A program made the position numbers and the translations under genes. This document shows positions 1-9,281 of a stretch of DNA of 64,000 bases, piece by piece. This DNA comes from Candidatus Wolfebacteria bacterium (GTDB taxonomy: Bacteria; Patescibacteriota; Minisyncoccia; UBA6257; UBA9933): NCBI GenBank assembly GCA_024654025.1, contig JANLIR010000002.1, forward strand, positions 168,959 through 232,958. Reading direction: 5' to 3'. Position 1 is the stretch's first letter, and the number at the start of each line of letters is the position of its first letter. Under the pieces are notes generated by a model. It was not told where the DNA came from. It saw only the letters and a program-made list of their open reading frames with translations, and searched no databases.

Positions 1-192
1 AAGCAGATTCAACCAAAGATAGTTATCCCTACTTTTTATAAGGTTCCCGGATTGAAAAGGAAAGCGGACGACATTAAAAAATTTTTGGAAGAAATAGACA
101 CCTCGAAAGTCGAAAAAACCGACAAGCTAGTCATAAAGAAAAAAGACATCGAGGAAATTAAGCCGACAAAAGTCGTTGTGCTGGCGATTTAA
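1..192 (+). CDS. 3' end of an unidentified CDS (partial, starts upstream of the window)
   Basis: Frame 1 is open from position 1 to TAA at 190-192 (…KVVVLAI*). No recognisable motif. Confidence 0.3.
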   Translation, partial: KQIQPKIVIPTFYKVPGLKRKADDIKKFLEEIDTSKVEKTDKLVIKKKDIEEIKPTKVVVLAI

Positions 193-218
193 CTAGTTAG
201 TATTATTTACGTAAGTAT

Positions 219-527
219 ATGCGTTGGTTAAGTAAAATAAGGCATTCGAATGAAGAAAAAAAGAAAAAAGTGATTATTTTCTTGAGCGCGGTTTCAATGG
301 TGGTTGTCATTTTTTTCTGGATTTGGTATATGAGTTCCTATATTAAAGAGGTGGGAACTTCTAAAACGGATGAAGCTCGCGAAACGCCGTTTTGGCCGGT
401 TTTTAAAAACGGCGCAACGGTTATCATTCAATCGATCAAATATAAATTTAGCGAATTAACTTCCGATTTGTATTCAAAAATACCAAAAATCGGCGGCGAA
501 AGAGTCATTAATATACAGAATCAATAG
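219..527 (+). CDS. Small hypothetical membrane protein
   Basis: 102-aa ORF with one hydrophobic helix ([21 protein letters not shown]), immediately upstream of gyrA. Confidence 0.3.
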   Translation: MRWLSKIRHSNEEKKKKVIIFLSAVSMVVVIFFWIWYMSSYIKEVGTSKTDEARETPFWPVFKNGATVIIQSIKYKFSELTSDLYSKIPKIGGERVINIQNQ

Positions 528-535
528 CGAAGCGT

Positions 536-3064
536 ATGAAAAAAAATAAATTACCGGAAAACAATCAAAGCAGCCCTCGCGTCGGCTCAGGAATCGAAAA
601 GCGAGAAATATCCGATGAACTTCAAGAGTCTTATCTTGATTACGCGATGTCGGTTATTGTTTCGCGCGCCTTGCCGGACGTCAGAGACGGCCTAAAGCCG
701 GTTCAGCGAAGAATTCTTTGGGCAATGTGGGAAAGCGGTCTTAGAGCGAGTGCCAAACATAGGAAATCCGCCTCAGTTATCGGAGACACATTAAAAAGCT
801 ATCATCCGCACGGCGATATTTCCGTGTACGACGCGTTGGTTAGGATGGCTCAGGATTTTTCTCTTCGCTACCCCTTAATTGACGGACAGGGTAATTTCGG
901 CAGCCAGGACGGAGATTCAGCAGCCGCTTATAGGTATACCGAGTGCCGTTTATCCAAAATAGCCGAAGAGCTTCTTGTTGATATAGAAAAGGATACGGTT
1001 AATTGGCTGGATAATTATGACGGCACAACCAAAGAGCCGGCGGTGCTTCCTTCCAAGCTCCCCCACCTTCTTTTGAACGGTTCTTCGGGTATCGCGGTGG
1101 GTATGGCGACCAGTATTCCTCCGCATAATCTTTCTGAAGTTATTGACGCCACTCTTCATTTAATTGATTCGCCCAAAGCCACAATCGAGGACTTGCTGAA
1201 ATTTATTCAAGGCCCTGATTTTCCGACTGGCGGTATTATTTACGATAAAAAATCCATAGCCGAAGCGTATTCTACGGGTCGAGGTTCTATACCGGTCAGG
1301 GCGGTGGCGGAAATCGAAGAAAGAAAAAAGGATAATTTCAATATAATAATCACCGAAATCCCCTATCAAGTTAACAAGTCCGAGCTTTTGATAAAAATGG
1401 CCGGCCTTGTTACCGATAAAAAAATTCAAGGCATAAAAGATCTGCGCGACGAAAGCGATCGCGACGGGTTAAGGATTGTCGTTGAGCTTAAAAACGACGT
1501 GCCCGCGCAAAAAATATTAAACCAGCTTTACAAGCACACCGACCTTCAAAAGAATTTTAATTTAAACACAATCGCGCTGGTCGGCGGGCTTCAGCCCCAG
1601 CTTCTTTCGCTGAAAGAATTTTTAGCCCAGTATATCGAACACAGAAAAGAAGTTGTTCGCCGAAGAGCTGAATTCGAGCTTCGCAAAGCCAAAGAGCGGG
1701 CGCATATTTTAGAGGGTCTTGCGAAAGCGCTTTCGGTTATCGATAAAGTCATCGAGACGATTAAAAAATCAAAAGACAAAGAAGAGGCGCGCAAAAATTT
1801 AGTTTCCCGTTTCAAGCTTACCGAAATTCAAGCCGAAGCGATTTTAGAAATGAAGCTCTCGACTTTGGCGGCGCTTGAAAGGCAGAAAATAGAAGACGAG
1901 CTCAAAGAAAAAAGAAAATTAATAAACGAACTGGAAATTCTTTTGAACAGCTCGCAGAAAATTTTAAAAGTCATAAAAGACGAACTTTCAGAAATCAAAA
2001 AAAATTACGGCGACGAAAGGCGCACTAAAATTGTCGCCGGCGGCCTCACGGAATTTAAAGAAGAAGATTTGATTACCGAAGAAGAAGTCGTTATCACTCT
2101 TTCTCAAAACGGATACATAAAAAGAGGAAGCCCCGATGTTTTTAGAAGCCAGCAAAGAGGAGGAAAGGGACTTATCGCTTCCGAAGTCGGCGAAGAAGAC
2201 GCATTGACGCATTTTATCGCGGCCAACAGCCACGACAATATTTTGTTTTTCACCGAACGCGGCCGGGTTTTCCAGACAAAAGTTTATGAAATCCCCTCAG
2301 CTTCCAGGCAAGCTAAAGGCAAAGTTATACAAAACTTTTTAGAAATTCCACCTGACGAAAAAGTCAGCGCCGTAGTCGCTTACGCGCCGACTAAAAATCA
2401 ACAACCGCCAACCCATAATTATTTAGTAATGGCCACTAAAAACGGAGTCATCAAAAAAACTCCGCTTCTGGAATTCGCCAATATCAGACGCACTGGAATT
2501 ATCGGCATCAATTTGCAAAAAGGAGATGTGCTTAATTGGGTTATGTCGTCTTCGGGTAAAGACGAAGTTTTAATAGTAACCGCCTTGGGACAGTCAATAA
2601 GATTTAAAGAAAGCCAATTGCGGTCTATGTCCCGAATTGCCACAGGCGTTAAGGCTATCAAGCTCAAAAAAGCCGCGCCCCGTAGCGAACAGGGTTCTGC
2701 TACTGGGGATGATTTTGTCGTTGGACTTGATATAATAAGCACAGAGTCGAAAGAAAAAATTTCTAAGCTAAAAGTTTTAATTGTTACGGAAAACGGTTTT
2801 TCTAAACAAACTTCGCTTGGCCAATACAAAGTTCAGAAGCGAAGCGGTAAGGGAATTAAAACCGCTAAGATTACTTCCAAAACCGGAAGAATTGTCAGCG
2901 CGCAAGTAATTTTCGAAGCGACAGAACTTTTGGCGATTTCTTCCAAAGGGCAGATTATTAAAACGCCTTTAAAAAAAATCAGAACCGCCGGTCGCGCCAC
3001 CTCCGGAGTAAAAATTATGACACTTAAAGGAGGCGACAAATTGGTAGGAGCGGTTACGCTGTAA
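536..3064 (+). CDS. gyrA: DNA gyrase subunit A
   Basis: 842 aa; N-terminal GyrA/topo IV A catalytic region ([34 protein letters not shown], active-site Tyr context [11 protein letters not shown]) plus a C-terminal beta-pinwheel repeat region. Confidence 0.9.
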   Translation: MKKNKLPENNQSSPRVGSGIEKREISDELQESYLDYAMSVIVSRALPDVRDGLKPVQRRILWAMWESGLRASAKHRKSASVIGDTLKSYHPHGDISVYDALVRMAQDFSLRYPLIDGQGNFGSQDGDSAAAYRYTECRLSKIAEELLVDIEKDTVNWLDNYDGTTKEPAVLPSKLPHLLLNGSSGIAVGMATSIPPHNLSEVIDATLHLIDSPKATIEDLLKFIQGPDFPTGGIIYDKKSIAEAYSTGRGSIPVRAVAEIEERKKDNFNIIITEIPYQVNKSELLIKMAGLVTDKKIQGIKDLRDESDRDGLRIVVELKNDVPAQKILNQLYKHTDLQKNFNLNTIALVGGLQPQLLSLKEFLAQYIEHRKEVVRRRAEFELRKAKERAHILEGLAKALSVIDKVIETIKKSKDKEEARKNLVSRFKLTEIQAEAILEMKLSTLAALERQKIEDELKEKRKLINELEILLNSSQKILKVIKDELSEIKKNYGDERRTKIVAGGLTEFKEEDLITEEEVVITLSQNGYIKRGSPDVFRSQQRGGKGLIASEVGEEDALTHFIAANSHDNILFFTERGRVFQTKVYEIPSASRQAKGKVIQNFLEIPPDEKVSAVVAYAPTKNQQPPTHNYLVMATKNGVIKKTPLLEFANIRRTGIIGINLQKGDVLNWVMSSSGKDEVLIVTALGQSIRFKESQLRSMSRIATGVKAIKLKKAAPRSEQGSATGDDFVVGLDIISTESKEKISKLKVLIVTENGFSKQTSLGQYKVQKRSGKGIKTAKITSKTGRIVSAQVIFEATELLAISSKGQIIKTPLKKIRTAGRATSGVKIMTLKGGDKLVGAVTL

Positions 3065-3074
3065 AAATTAACTT

Positions 3075-4358
3075 ATGTATAATAATCGCCTAAAAATAGT
3101 TTTGTTCGGAGCCGGAGTTATTGCACTTATTTTAGTTGTTCTAAGTGTTTTTTGCGTAATTCCGATAACAAAAAATTGTTCAAAAACTTCCGTGTCCGGA
3201 AAATTAATTTTTTGGGGAGTTGACGATGTTTCCGCTTATCAAACCGTTATAGATAATTACAGCAAGTTTTATAATAGAAAAGTTCAAATTCAATACCAGC
3301 AAATCCCCGAAGCGGATTTTGAAAATACTTTTGTTCGGGCAGTGGCTAAAAATCAAGGGCCCGATATTTTAATGTTTCATAACTCCTGGCTTATAAAACA
3401 GGGCGATCTTTTAGCTCCGGCCACTGACGCGCAAATTTCTTTAGCAAATATTCGCCAGCTTTTCCCGCAGGTTGTTGAAAAAGATTTTACTTACCAAAGT
3501 AAGGTTTACGCGCTTCCTTTATATCTCGACACTCTCGCGCTTTTTTACAATAAAGATATTTTTAATGCTAACGCCGTTGTTTTTCCGCCGGCAAATTGGA
3601 GTGATTTTACGAATTTAGCAACGAGGCTTACGAAAAAACAAGCTAACGGCCAGATTTTACAATCCGGCGCGGCTATCGGCAGCTCTGATAAAAATATCGT
3701 AAACGCAACTGATGTTTTAAATACGTTAATGCTTCAATACGGTTCTTTAATAGTTGATCCATCTTTTATGCGAACTGATTTTAGCGGTAAAGCAACCAGC
3801 GCTTTTGATTTTTACACCGGCTTTGCCAAGCCAGCTAGCAGTAATTATGTTTGGAACCAAAATTTAGGAAACTCGTTTGATTTATTCAGCCAGGGGCAGG
3901 CGGCGATGATTTTCGGTTATGCTAACCAGATTTCATATCTCAAACAAAAAAATCCGCTTTTGAATTTCGAGGTGGCGTCTATGCCGCAGGCCGATCCTTC
4001 AAATCCTAAAAATTACGCCGCTTATTGGGGCTTGGCAGTTTCTTCTAAAAGCGCGAATTCCGAACTTGCCTGGAGTTTTATAAAATACCTGACAACTGAC
4101 CCGCAAAACTCTCTTACTTATCTTCAAGCGACAAAACGGCCGCCGGCTTTGAAAATTTTAATCAAACAATATCAGAATGATCCGGATTTAAATGTTTTTG
4201 CAAACCAAGCGCTTGCGGCAACTTCATGGTATCAGCCCGACTCTGACCAAACCAGCCAGATTTTTTCAAGCGCGGTCGAATCGGTTTTAAGCGGCCAGCT
4301 TACTTCTGGGCGCGCGCTGGAAAAAGCCGCTTCTCAAATAAATAATTTATTTAAATAA
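3075..4358 (+). CDS. Extracellular solute-binding protein (ABC-transporter family 1 SBP-like), orphan
   Basis: 427 aa with an N-terminal TM/signal anchor; sequence features resemble sugar-type substrate-binding proteins. No permease or ATPase genes adjacent. Confidence 0.5.
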   Translation: MYNNRLKIVLFGAGVIALILVVLSVFCVIPITKNCSKTSVSGKLIFWGVDDVSAYQTVIDNYSKFYNRKVQIQYQQIPEADFENTFVRAVAKNQGPDILMFHNSWLIKQGDLLAPATDAQISLANIRQLFPQVVEKDFTYQSKVYALPLYLDTLALFYNKDIFNANAVVFPPANWSDFTNLATRLTKKQANGQILQSGAAIGSSDKNIVNATDVLNTLMLQYGSLIVDPSFMRTDFSGKATSAFDFYTGFAKPASSNYVWNQNLGNSFDLFSQGQAAMIFGYANQISYLKQKNPLLNFEVASMPQADPSNPKNYAAYWGLAVSSKSANSELAWSFIKYLTTDPQNSLTYLQATKRPPALKILIKQYQNDPDLNVFANQALAATSWYQPDSDQTSQIFSSAVESVLSGQLTSGRALEKAASQINNLFK

Positions 4359-4363
4359 AATTT

Positions 4364-4702
4364 ATGAATATCGCATACGCTGCTCTAACTCCTTTAGTCC
4401 AATGCGGTCCCGGAACAGCCAAGCTCGAGTGCACTATTTGTGATCTATTTCAATTGGCTCAAAATATTTATAATTTTGTTATTGTTTTTGCGTTTGTTTT
4501 GGCTTTAGGAGCTTTGGTTTGGGCGGGGTTTAAAATAATGACTTCTGCCGGCGATCCGGGAAAATATAAAGACGCGGTTGGAAAAATCAGGACGATTTTA
4601 ATCGGCATAGCCATTCTGCTTTTAGCCGGGTTTGTGGTTGATTTAGTTTTGAAAGTCCTTGTCGGCGGCAGCTTGGGTCCGTGGAATAAATTGCCTTGCT
4701 AA
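4364..4702 (+). CDS. Type IV secretion pilin-like (TrbC/VirB2-like) small membrane protein, paralog 1
   Basis: 112 aa; two hydrophobic helices separated by a Gly/Asp/Lys-rich loop (…GFKIMTSAGDPGKYKDAVGKIRTILIGIAILLLAGF…), the pattern of CPR T4SS-pilin (PF18895-like) proteins. Confidence 0.4.
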   Translation: MNIAYAALTPLVQCGPGTAKLECTICDLFQLAQNIYNFVIVFAFVLALGALVWAGFKIMTSAGDPGKYKDAVGKIRTILIGIAILLLAGFVVDLVLKVLVGGSLGPWNKLPC

Positions 4703-4732
4703 AAAACCAAAAAAAATTTATTATAAATATTA

Positions 4733-5152
4733 ATGAAATCGCTTTTGTTTAAAATTTCTATAGTATCAGCGATAATTTTCGCGGTTTTTACCACGAGTAT
4801 TTTTGTAGAAAAAGTTTTGGCAGTGTCCGGTGGAGGGGTTAATACAGCGGCGCCGGGCGGCGGAGTTGATTCTGTTGGCGGCGGTAACGGACAGCTTTTT
4901 AATTATTTCGGATCCGGTTCGACTCTTGACAGTGTCCTTTCCAAAATAATCGATTATTTTATCGGTGTTTCGGTTTCAGTGGCTGTGATAATAGTTATCT
5001 ATGGAGCGTGGAAAATGATGACCGCGACAGGCGATCCTAAAAAATTCCAAGAAGGCCAAAAAACAGTTTTGTACGCCGCTATCGGGTTGTTGGTAATTTT
5101 ACTCGCAAGAGGGATTATCGGCGCGTTGTATGGGATAATACAAACGTTATAA
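4733..5152 (+). CDS. Type IV secretion pilin-like small membrane protein, paralog 2
   Basis: 139 aa; same architecture (…GAWKMMTATGDPKKFQEGQKTVLYAAIGLLVILLARG…) with a Gly-rich low-complexity insert (GGGVNTAAPGGGVDSVGGGNG). Confidence 0.4.
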   Translation: MKSLLFKISIVSAIIFAVFTTSIFVEKVLAVSGGGVNTAAPGGGVDSVGGGNGQLFNYFGSGSTLDSVLSKIIDYFIGVSVSVAVIIVIYGAWKMMTATGDPKKFQEGQKTVLYAAIGLLVILLARGIIGALYGIIQTL

Positions 5153-5192
5153 TAAATATAAAGAAAAAGGTCGAGAATGAGAAATCAAAAAA

Positions 5193-5558
5193 ATGAAAAA
5201 AGTTTTACAAAAAATTATTTATTCAGGAGCGATTTTATCGCTCGTATTGCCGGTATTTTCGTTTGCCGCGATATTTACTCCGCCAGGCCAGGGGCAACCT
5301 GGAAATATTCCTATAACCGGCCTCTCTAATGTGTATGACACGCTAGATACGGTAGCTAATTATTTGTTGGGATTATTAATTGCTTTGGCGGTTGTTTTCA
5401 TTGTTTGGGGAGCGTTTCAGTTTTTAACTTCCGGTGGAGATGAAGCAAAAACAAAAGCGGCAAGAAATCATATTCTCTGGGCTCTTGTAGCTGTCGCGGT
5501 TGGGTTACTTGCTAAAGGGCTAGTTGCCGCGATAAGAGGAATCGCCGGAAACTTATAA
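5193..5558 (+). CDS. Type IV secretion pilin-like small membrane protein, paralog 3
   Basis: 121 aa; signal peptide plus helix / loop (TSGGDEAKTKAARN) / helix. Followed by a hairpin terminator at 5582-5608. Confidence 0.4.
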   Translation: MKKVLQKIIYSGAILSLVLPVFSFAAIFTPPGQGQPGNIPITGLSNVYDTLDTVANYLLGLLIALAVVFIVWGAFQFLTSGGDEAKTKAARNHILWALVAVAVGLLAKGLVAAIRGIAGNL

Positions 5559-5581
5559 ATTTATTTTCAATGATTCAAAAA

Positions 5582-5608
5582 ATATCCCGAGTGTCGGGAT
5601 ATTTTTTT
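5582..5608 (+). terminator. Rho-independent terminator after the pilin-like triplet
   Basis: ATATCCCGA-GTG-TCGGGATAT hairpin followed by a T7 run. Confidence 0.6.
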
Positions 5609-5668
5609 ACTATTTTCATCCGTATTAATCCGTATGTATTTATAATTCGCACAAATCTGTTAGAAACA

Positions 5669-5716
5669 AAAAAATCCCCGCCTGCGGCCGAAGCCACAAG
5701 CGGGGTGTAAAAAACT
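5669..5716 (-). terminator. Rho-independent terminator (minus strand) after the GC-rich membrane-protein gene
   Basis: On the minus strand: CCCCGC…GCGGGG stem followed by ATTTTTTTG. Confidence 0.5.
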
Positions 5717-5728
5717 AGTTAGTTCACG

Positions 5729-6679
5729 TCAATAAATCTTCAGGAGACCCGGTTGTCCCATGGCCACTTTTATTGGGCCGAGCGGGTTTCCGTTAGTTTT
5801 CCATTTCCAAAAGCCAACCGGTCCCGCTTTCCGTGTTTCGCCGGAGCCCTCGCCAATTATGATCTGGTAAGAGTTTTGGGCGTCAATCGTTATGATTGTC
5901 CCAATGGGCGGGGTCCATGAAGTCACCGCAACGCTCCCGGCCGGAATAAAAACACCATTTCGTCCTTCTTCCGGCGTGACCACGATTTCTTTGAGAACCG
6001 GCGCACTGGGCGCAACCCCCGCTTCCGCGTTAGATGGTTTCATGGTGAGAGTCGTCACGATGCCATTGTCGATTCCCTTTGCTGAGTTCCTTGCGAGCTC
6101 GGCTGTGCGGGGAAGAAACAATGAAATGACGATTGTTATGAAAATCATCGATGCGACAAACGTTATTGCCCTTCCGTTGAAGATGGAAGTGCCTCCGAAA
6201 AGCCGAGTTCCGATAAAGATGATAAAGGCCAAGAGCAGCAGCAACGGGATCAGCTCGGGTCGTTTATCTATCGGAATGATGATAAGCATCAGGGCGAATG
6301 ATAACTCGGCGAATAATACGTGCAGCGTCAGTCGAACATACCGCTCTCCAAACCCCACTGCTGTTCTTCGCCAGATCGCGTCGATTATTAACGCAATCGG
6401 CGCGGCCAGTAAAGAAAGCAAGATCGTGAAGAACGCCCAAACAAGTCCCGCAACCGAAATCCACATCGAGAATCCGAAAATTCCCAGAAGCAGGATTGGT
6501 ATGGGCAGAAGCATCATTACGATTGCGAGCCGCGAAAGCCCGACCCGATATACTTCAAAATCGGTTCTGTTATCGCCCCCAACAAGGGCAATGACCTCGG
6601 CGGCGTCCGCCGCGCCGGTGATGATTGTGTCGAGAATGAGCCGCAGCGTTAAGAGTATTTCACGAAGTGTTTCACGCAT
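5729..6679 (-). CDS. Hypothetical multi-pass membrane protein with a C-terminal extracytoplasmic domain, in a GC-rich islet
   Basis: The tracked ORF is 5729..6784. The likely true start is the ATG at 6679 (MRETLREIL…), preceded by AAAGGAGG and overlapping the upstream stop (ATGCGTGA). About 5 TM helices, then a ~130-aa Gly/Pro/Thr-rich soluble tail. Local GC is roughly 55% against a ~38% background. Confidence 0.5.
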   Translation of the reverse strand: MRETLREILLTLRLILDTIITGAADAAEVIALVGGDNRTDFEVYRVGLSRLAIVMMLLPIPILLLGIFGFSMWISVAGLVWAFFTILLSLLAAPIALIIDAIWRRTAVGFGERYVRLTLHVLFAELSFALMLIIIPIDKRPELIPLLLLLAFIIFIGTRLFGGTSIFNGRAITFVASMIFITIVISLFLPRTAELARNSAKGIDNGIVTTLTMKPSNAEAGVAPSAPVLKEIVVTPEEGRNGVFIPAGSVAVTSWTPPIGTIITIDAQNSYQIIIGEGSGETRKAGPVGFWKWKTNGNPLGPIKVAMGQPGLLKIY

Positions 6680-7373
6680 GAGGAGCCTCCTTTCGATATT
6701 TGGCAGTCTTCCGGCCGCGTGCTGTGCGGCGGTTATTGAGCCATTCAGCCCAACGGTCGTTGAGGGGTTGAAGTTCTGAACCAATTACTCCAAATACTTC
6801 GTTGAGACGGATCCCAAACATTCTTAGCCACTGCATGACGATGTCGTGGTTGAGAAACTCGATTGCGCTGTCGAATTCTTGCGGAGGAAGTTCGCCGAGC
6901 CAGACGAAGAAGTTGATGGTATCTTCATCGGTCGTTTCCTTCCCTTCCTCGGATTCTTTAAGTATTAAAACCTTTCCGAGACAATCCACAAGAAGATTCT
7001 CTTCGCCAGGCCGGTAATTTCCTTCGTCAGAATAAAGCCGGGGCCGACAAAACTGCCGATCTTCCTGCCTCTTTCTGATGGTTTTTGCCGCGACTTTCTT
7101 CTTTTCATCTTCGGAAGATTCCATCTTCTGTAAAAAAACGAGAAGCTTGGCGCGGTAATGGTCACTCATCTTCGCCTGCACTTTTTTAGCCGTTTCTACG
7201 GCTGCCTTGCTCCCGACTTCGCGAATGACCTCGGCGGCAGCGGTTCTTGACCCCATCTTCATAAGCCCCCAGGCTTTTCTGAGGAGTTCAAAAACAGCAA
7301 TACCCCCTGCCGTTATCCCGAGTTCCTTTCCGACTTCGCCAGCGCTGAAATCAGCTTTCTTTTCCTCTGCCAT
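6672..7373 (-). CDS. Hypothetical protein (GC-rich islet), translationally coupled to the downstream membrane-protein gene
   Basis: 233 aa, Lys/Glu-rich, no recognisable motif. Shares the high GC of its neighbour. The antisense ORF 5892..6779 is a GC-driven shadow. Confidence 0.45.
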   Translation of the reverse strand: MAEEKKADFSAGEVGKELGITAGGIAVFELLRKAWGLMKMGSRTAAAEVIREVGSKAAVETAKKVQAKMSDHYRAKLLVFLQKMESSEDEKKKVAAKTIRKRQEDRQFCRPRLYSDEGNYRPGEENLLVDCLGKVLILKESEEGKETTDEDTINFFVWLGELPPQEFDSAIEFLNHDIVMQWLRMFGIRLNEVFGVIGSELQPLNDRWAEWLNNRRTARGRKTAKYRKEAPHA

Positions 7374-7564
7374 GGTCGGCGTCCTCCTTTCAGGATTTAG
7401 ATAGTTTCACTACGGGGTTGACGTAAACTATTTATAAGAGCAAATTTTGGAATAGTTGCCTACCCCAAAATACTTTGATATAATACAATAAAATTATTTA
7501 AAAGTCAACTAATGATTTTGTTAAAAAATAACAGCTAATAATGTATAATTTATTTGTTTAATAT

Positions 7565-7649
7565 GTCCTCGTGGCGGAAATGGAATACGCGCAGCGCTTA
7601 GGACGCTGTCCCGCAAGGGTTGTGGGTTCGACTCCCACCGAGGACACCA
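7565..7649 (+). tRNA. tRNA-Leu (anticodon TAG), class II with long variable arm; CCA encoded
   Basis: Acceptor GTCCTCG/CGAGGAC; anticodon arm CAGCG-CTTAGGA-CGCTG; variable stem CCC-GCAA-GGG; T-arm GTGGG-TTCGACT-CCCAC; ACCA at the 3' end. Preceded by a TATAAT -10 element at about 7543. Confidence 0.8.
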
Positions 7650-7650
7650 A

Positions 7651-7686
7651 ACTATAAATCCCTTCGAGACCGAAGGGATTTATAGT
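7651..7686 (+). terminator. Perfect 16-bp hairpin immediately 3' of tRNA-Leu
   Basis: ACTATAAATCCCTTCG-AGAC-CGAAGGGATTTATAGT. No clean U-tract, so it may be a processing or structure element. Confidence 0.45.
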
Positions 7687-7809
7687 TTATATATCACAAG
7701 GGAGGAGAAGGGTATTTAAAAAAGCAAACTGCTTTGCTTTTTTAAAACCCCGGCTCTGGAGGAGTAATTTTCCATGTTTATTTATGAACGAAAAATTACG
7801 GGGGAAGAG

Positions 7810-7827
7810 GACTCCCACCGAGGACAC
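7810..7827 (+). repeat. 18-bp direct repeat of the tRNA-Leu 3' end (candidate att-site remnant)
   Basis: GACTCCCACCGAGGACAC at 7810-7827 is identical to the last 18 nt of the tRNA body (7630-7647). It lies 4 bp from the stop of the tyrosine recombinase gene. Confidence 0.6.
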
Positions 7828-7831
7828 AAAA

Positions 7832-8827
7832 TTATCCCCTTCTTCTTCCGTGAAATGTTTTGTGTATTTCTTTGAGTTCTTTATTTGTTAAATGCGTGTA
7901 AATTTGGGTTGTGGAAATATTGCTATGGCCTAAAAGTTCTTGCACAGACCTTAAATCCGCTCCTCCGATTAATAAATCAGTGGCAAAGCTATGCCGGAGC
8001 AAATGCGGGTGGATTTTTTGCGGTATCCCCGCTTTTCGGCCGTAAAAATCTATCAAGCGCTGAATTGCGCGAGGAATAATTCTCCCGATAACTTTCGGAT
8101 TTGCTTGCCCTGAGCTCATCGAGTCTGAGACTCTCAGAGTCGAATGACTTGTCGAACGGGTTGCTTTAGTTAAGCTTACAAACAGCGCTTCTTCGGCATC
8201 GGTTCGTTTTCCTAAATAATTTTTTATAGCTTTCTTGGCGGATTCGGATAAAAACACCACTCTTATTTTCCCGCCCTTGCCCCGCACGGAAATTTCTCCC
8301 CTATTCAAATCAAAATACCGGCTCAAAGAACATAATTCTGAAACGCGAAGCCCGGTTGAAAACAAAACTTCCAAAATCGCTTTGTCGCGAAGTCCTTTTA
8401 AATCGTTTGTTTTGGGCGCTGCCATAAGCCGTTCCAAATCCGAGTATTCCATTATATTGATTTGCCGGTTTGGAATTCTAGGAAGCTCGATTTTTTCCGA
8501 AGCTAAAACCCTGTAGTCGTTTTTCGCCAAAAATTTCAAAAAGTTTCTAAGCGCTATTATGTAGTAGCTTTGGGTTGTGCGTTTAAAGTTTTCTCCATCT
8601 CTGGGATTATGAAGCCGCGCCAGATAGATCCGAAAATCTCTTACGTTGTCAGCGGTGATATCGCCCTCGGATTTTATTTTGGCGAAATCAAAAAACTTCG
8701 TTAAATAGTGCTCATAATTTTCCCGCGTGTCTTTAGTCCTGCCTTTTTCAATCTCAAGATAATCAAGATAGTTTTTGAGGAGTTTGTTTATGTCAGCCAT
8801 AGCTTCGCAACCTGTAACTTGTAACAA
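7832..8827 (-). CDS. Tyrosine site-specific recombinase (XerC/XerD / phage-integrase family)
   Basis: 331 aa. N-terminal SAM-like core-binding domain; catalytic motifs LFSTGLRVSEL, HPHLLRHSFATDLL, LGHSNISTTQIYTH (R…HxxR…Y). About 25-aa insertion relative to canonical XerD before the HxxR box. Confidence 0.85.
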   Translation of the reverse strand: MLQVTGCEAMADINKLLKNYLDYLEIEKGRTKDTRENYEHYLTKFFDFAKIKSEGDITADNVRDFRIYLARLHNPRDGENFKRTTQSYYIIALRNFLKFLAKNDYRVLASEKIELPRIPNRQINIMEYSDLERLMAAPKTNDLKGLRDKAILEVLFSTGLRVSELCSLSRYFDLNRGEISVRGKGGKIRVVFLSESAKKAIKNYLGKRTDAEEALFVSLTKATRSTSHSTLRVSDSMSSGQANPKVIGRIIPRAIQRLIDFYGRKAGIPQKIHPHLLRHSFATDLLIGGADLRSVQELLGHSNISTTQIYTHLTNKELKEIHKTFHGRRRG

Positions 8828-9006
8828 TTAACTTATAACAAATCAGTTTTAAATATTTCTCCCTCTAGTTACCAGTCACTGGTTACCAATCACTAGTTAG
8901 ATAATACCATTGTTCTGTCGTAAAATAAATGGTTTTATAACATGTCTTATTAAAGCAGAGCATTTTTATTGACAAATAAACATTAAAATGATACCCTTTA
9001 AAAATC

Positions 9007-9273
9007 ATGTTAACCAAAACTCAAAAGAAAAGTTTGATTAAAGAACATGCTATTAACGAAAAAGACAGCGGTTCTATGGAAGTCCAAGTTGCTTTTTTAA
9101 CTAAGCAAATAAGCGAGCTTACCGGCCATCTTAAAAAAAATCCCAAGGACCATTCTTCCAGAAGGGGGTTGCTTCAAATGGTTGGCAAGAGAAAAAGATT
9201 TCTTGATTATCTTTCAACCAAAAGAAAATCTTCTTACGACAAGATTGTTAAAAAACTCGGACTTAAAAAATAA
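9007..9273 (+). CDS. rpsO: 30S ribosomal protein S15
   Basis: 88 aa; EVQVAFLTKQISELTGHLKKNPKDHSSRRGLLQMVGKRKRFLDYL is the canonical S15 core. Confidence 0.9.
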   Translation: MLTKTQKKSLIKEHAINEKDSGSMEVQVAFLTKQISELTGHLKKNPKDHSSRRGLLQMVGKRKRFLDYLSTKRKSSYDKIVKKLGLKK

Positions 9274-9281
9274 AATTCGGC

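Noticed and set aside
5892-6779. 295-aa plus-strand ORF
   Set aside because: Entirely antisense to the GC-rich membrane-protein gene. Low-complexity Ser/Arg/Ala composition typical of a GC-driven shadow ORF, and no RBS.
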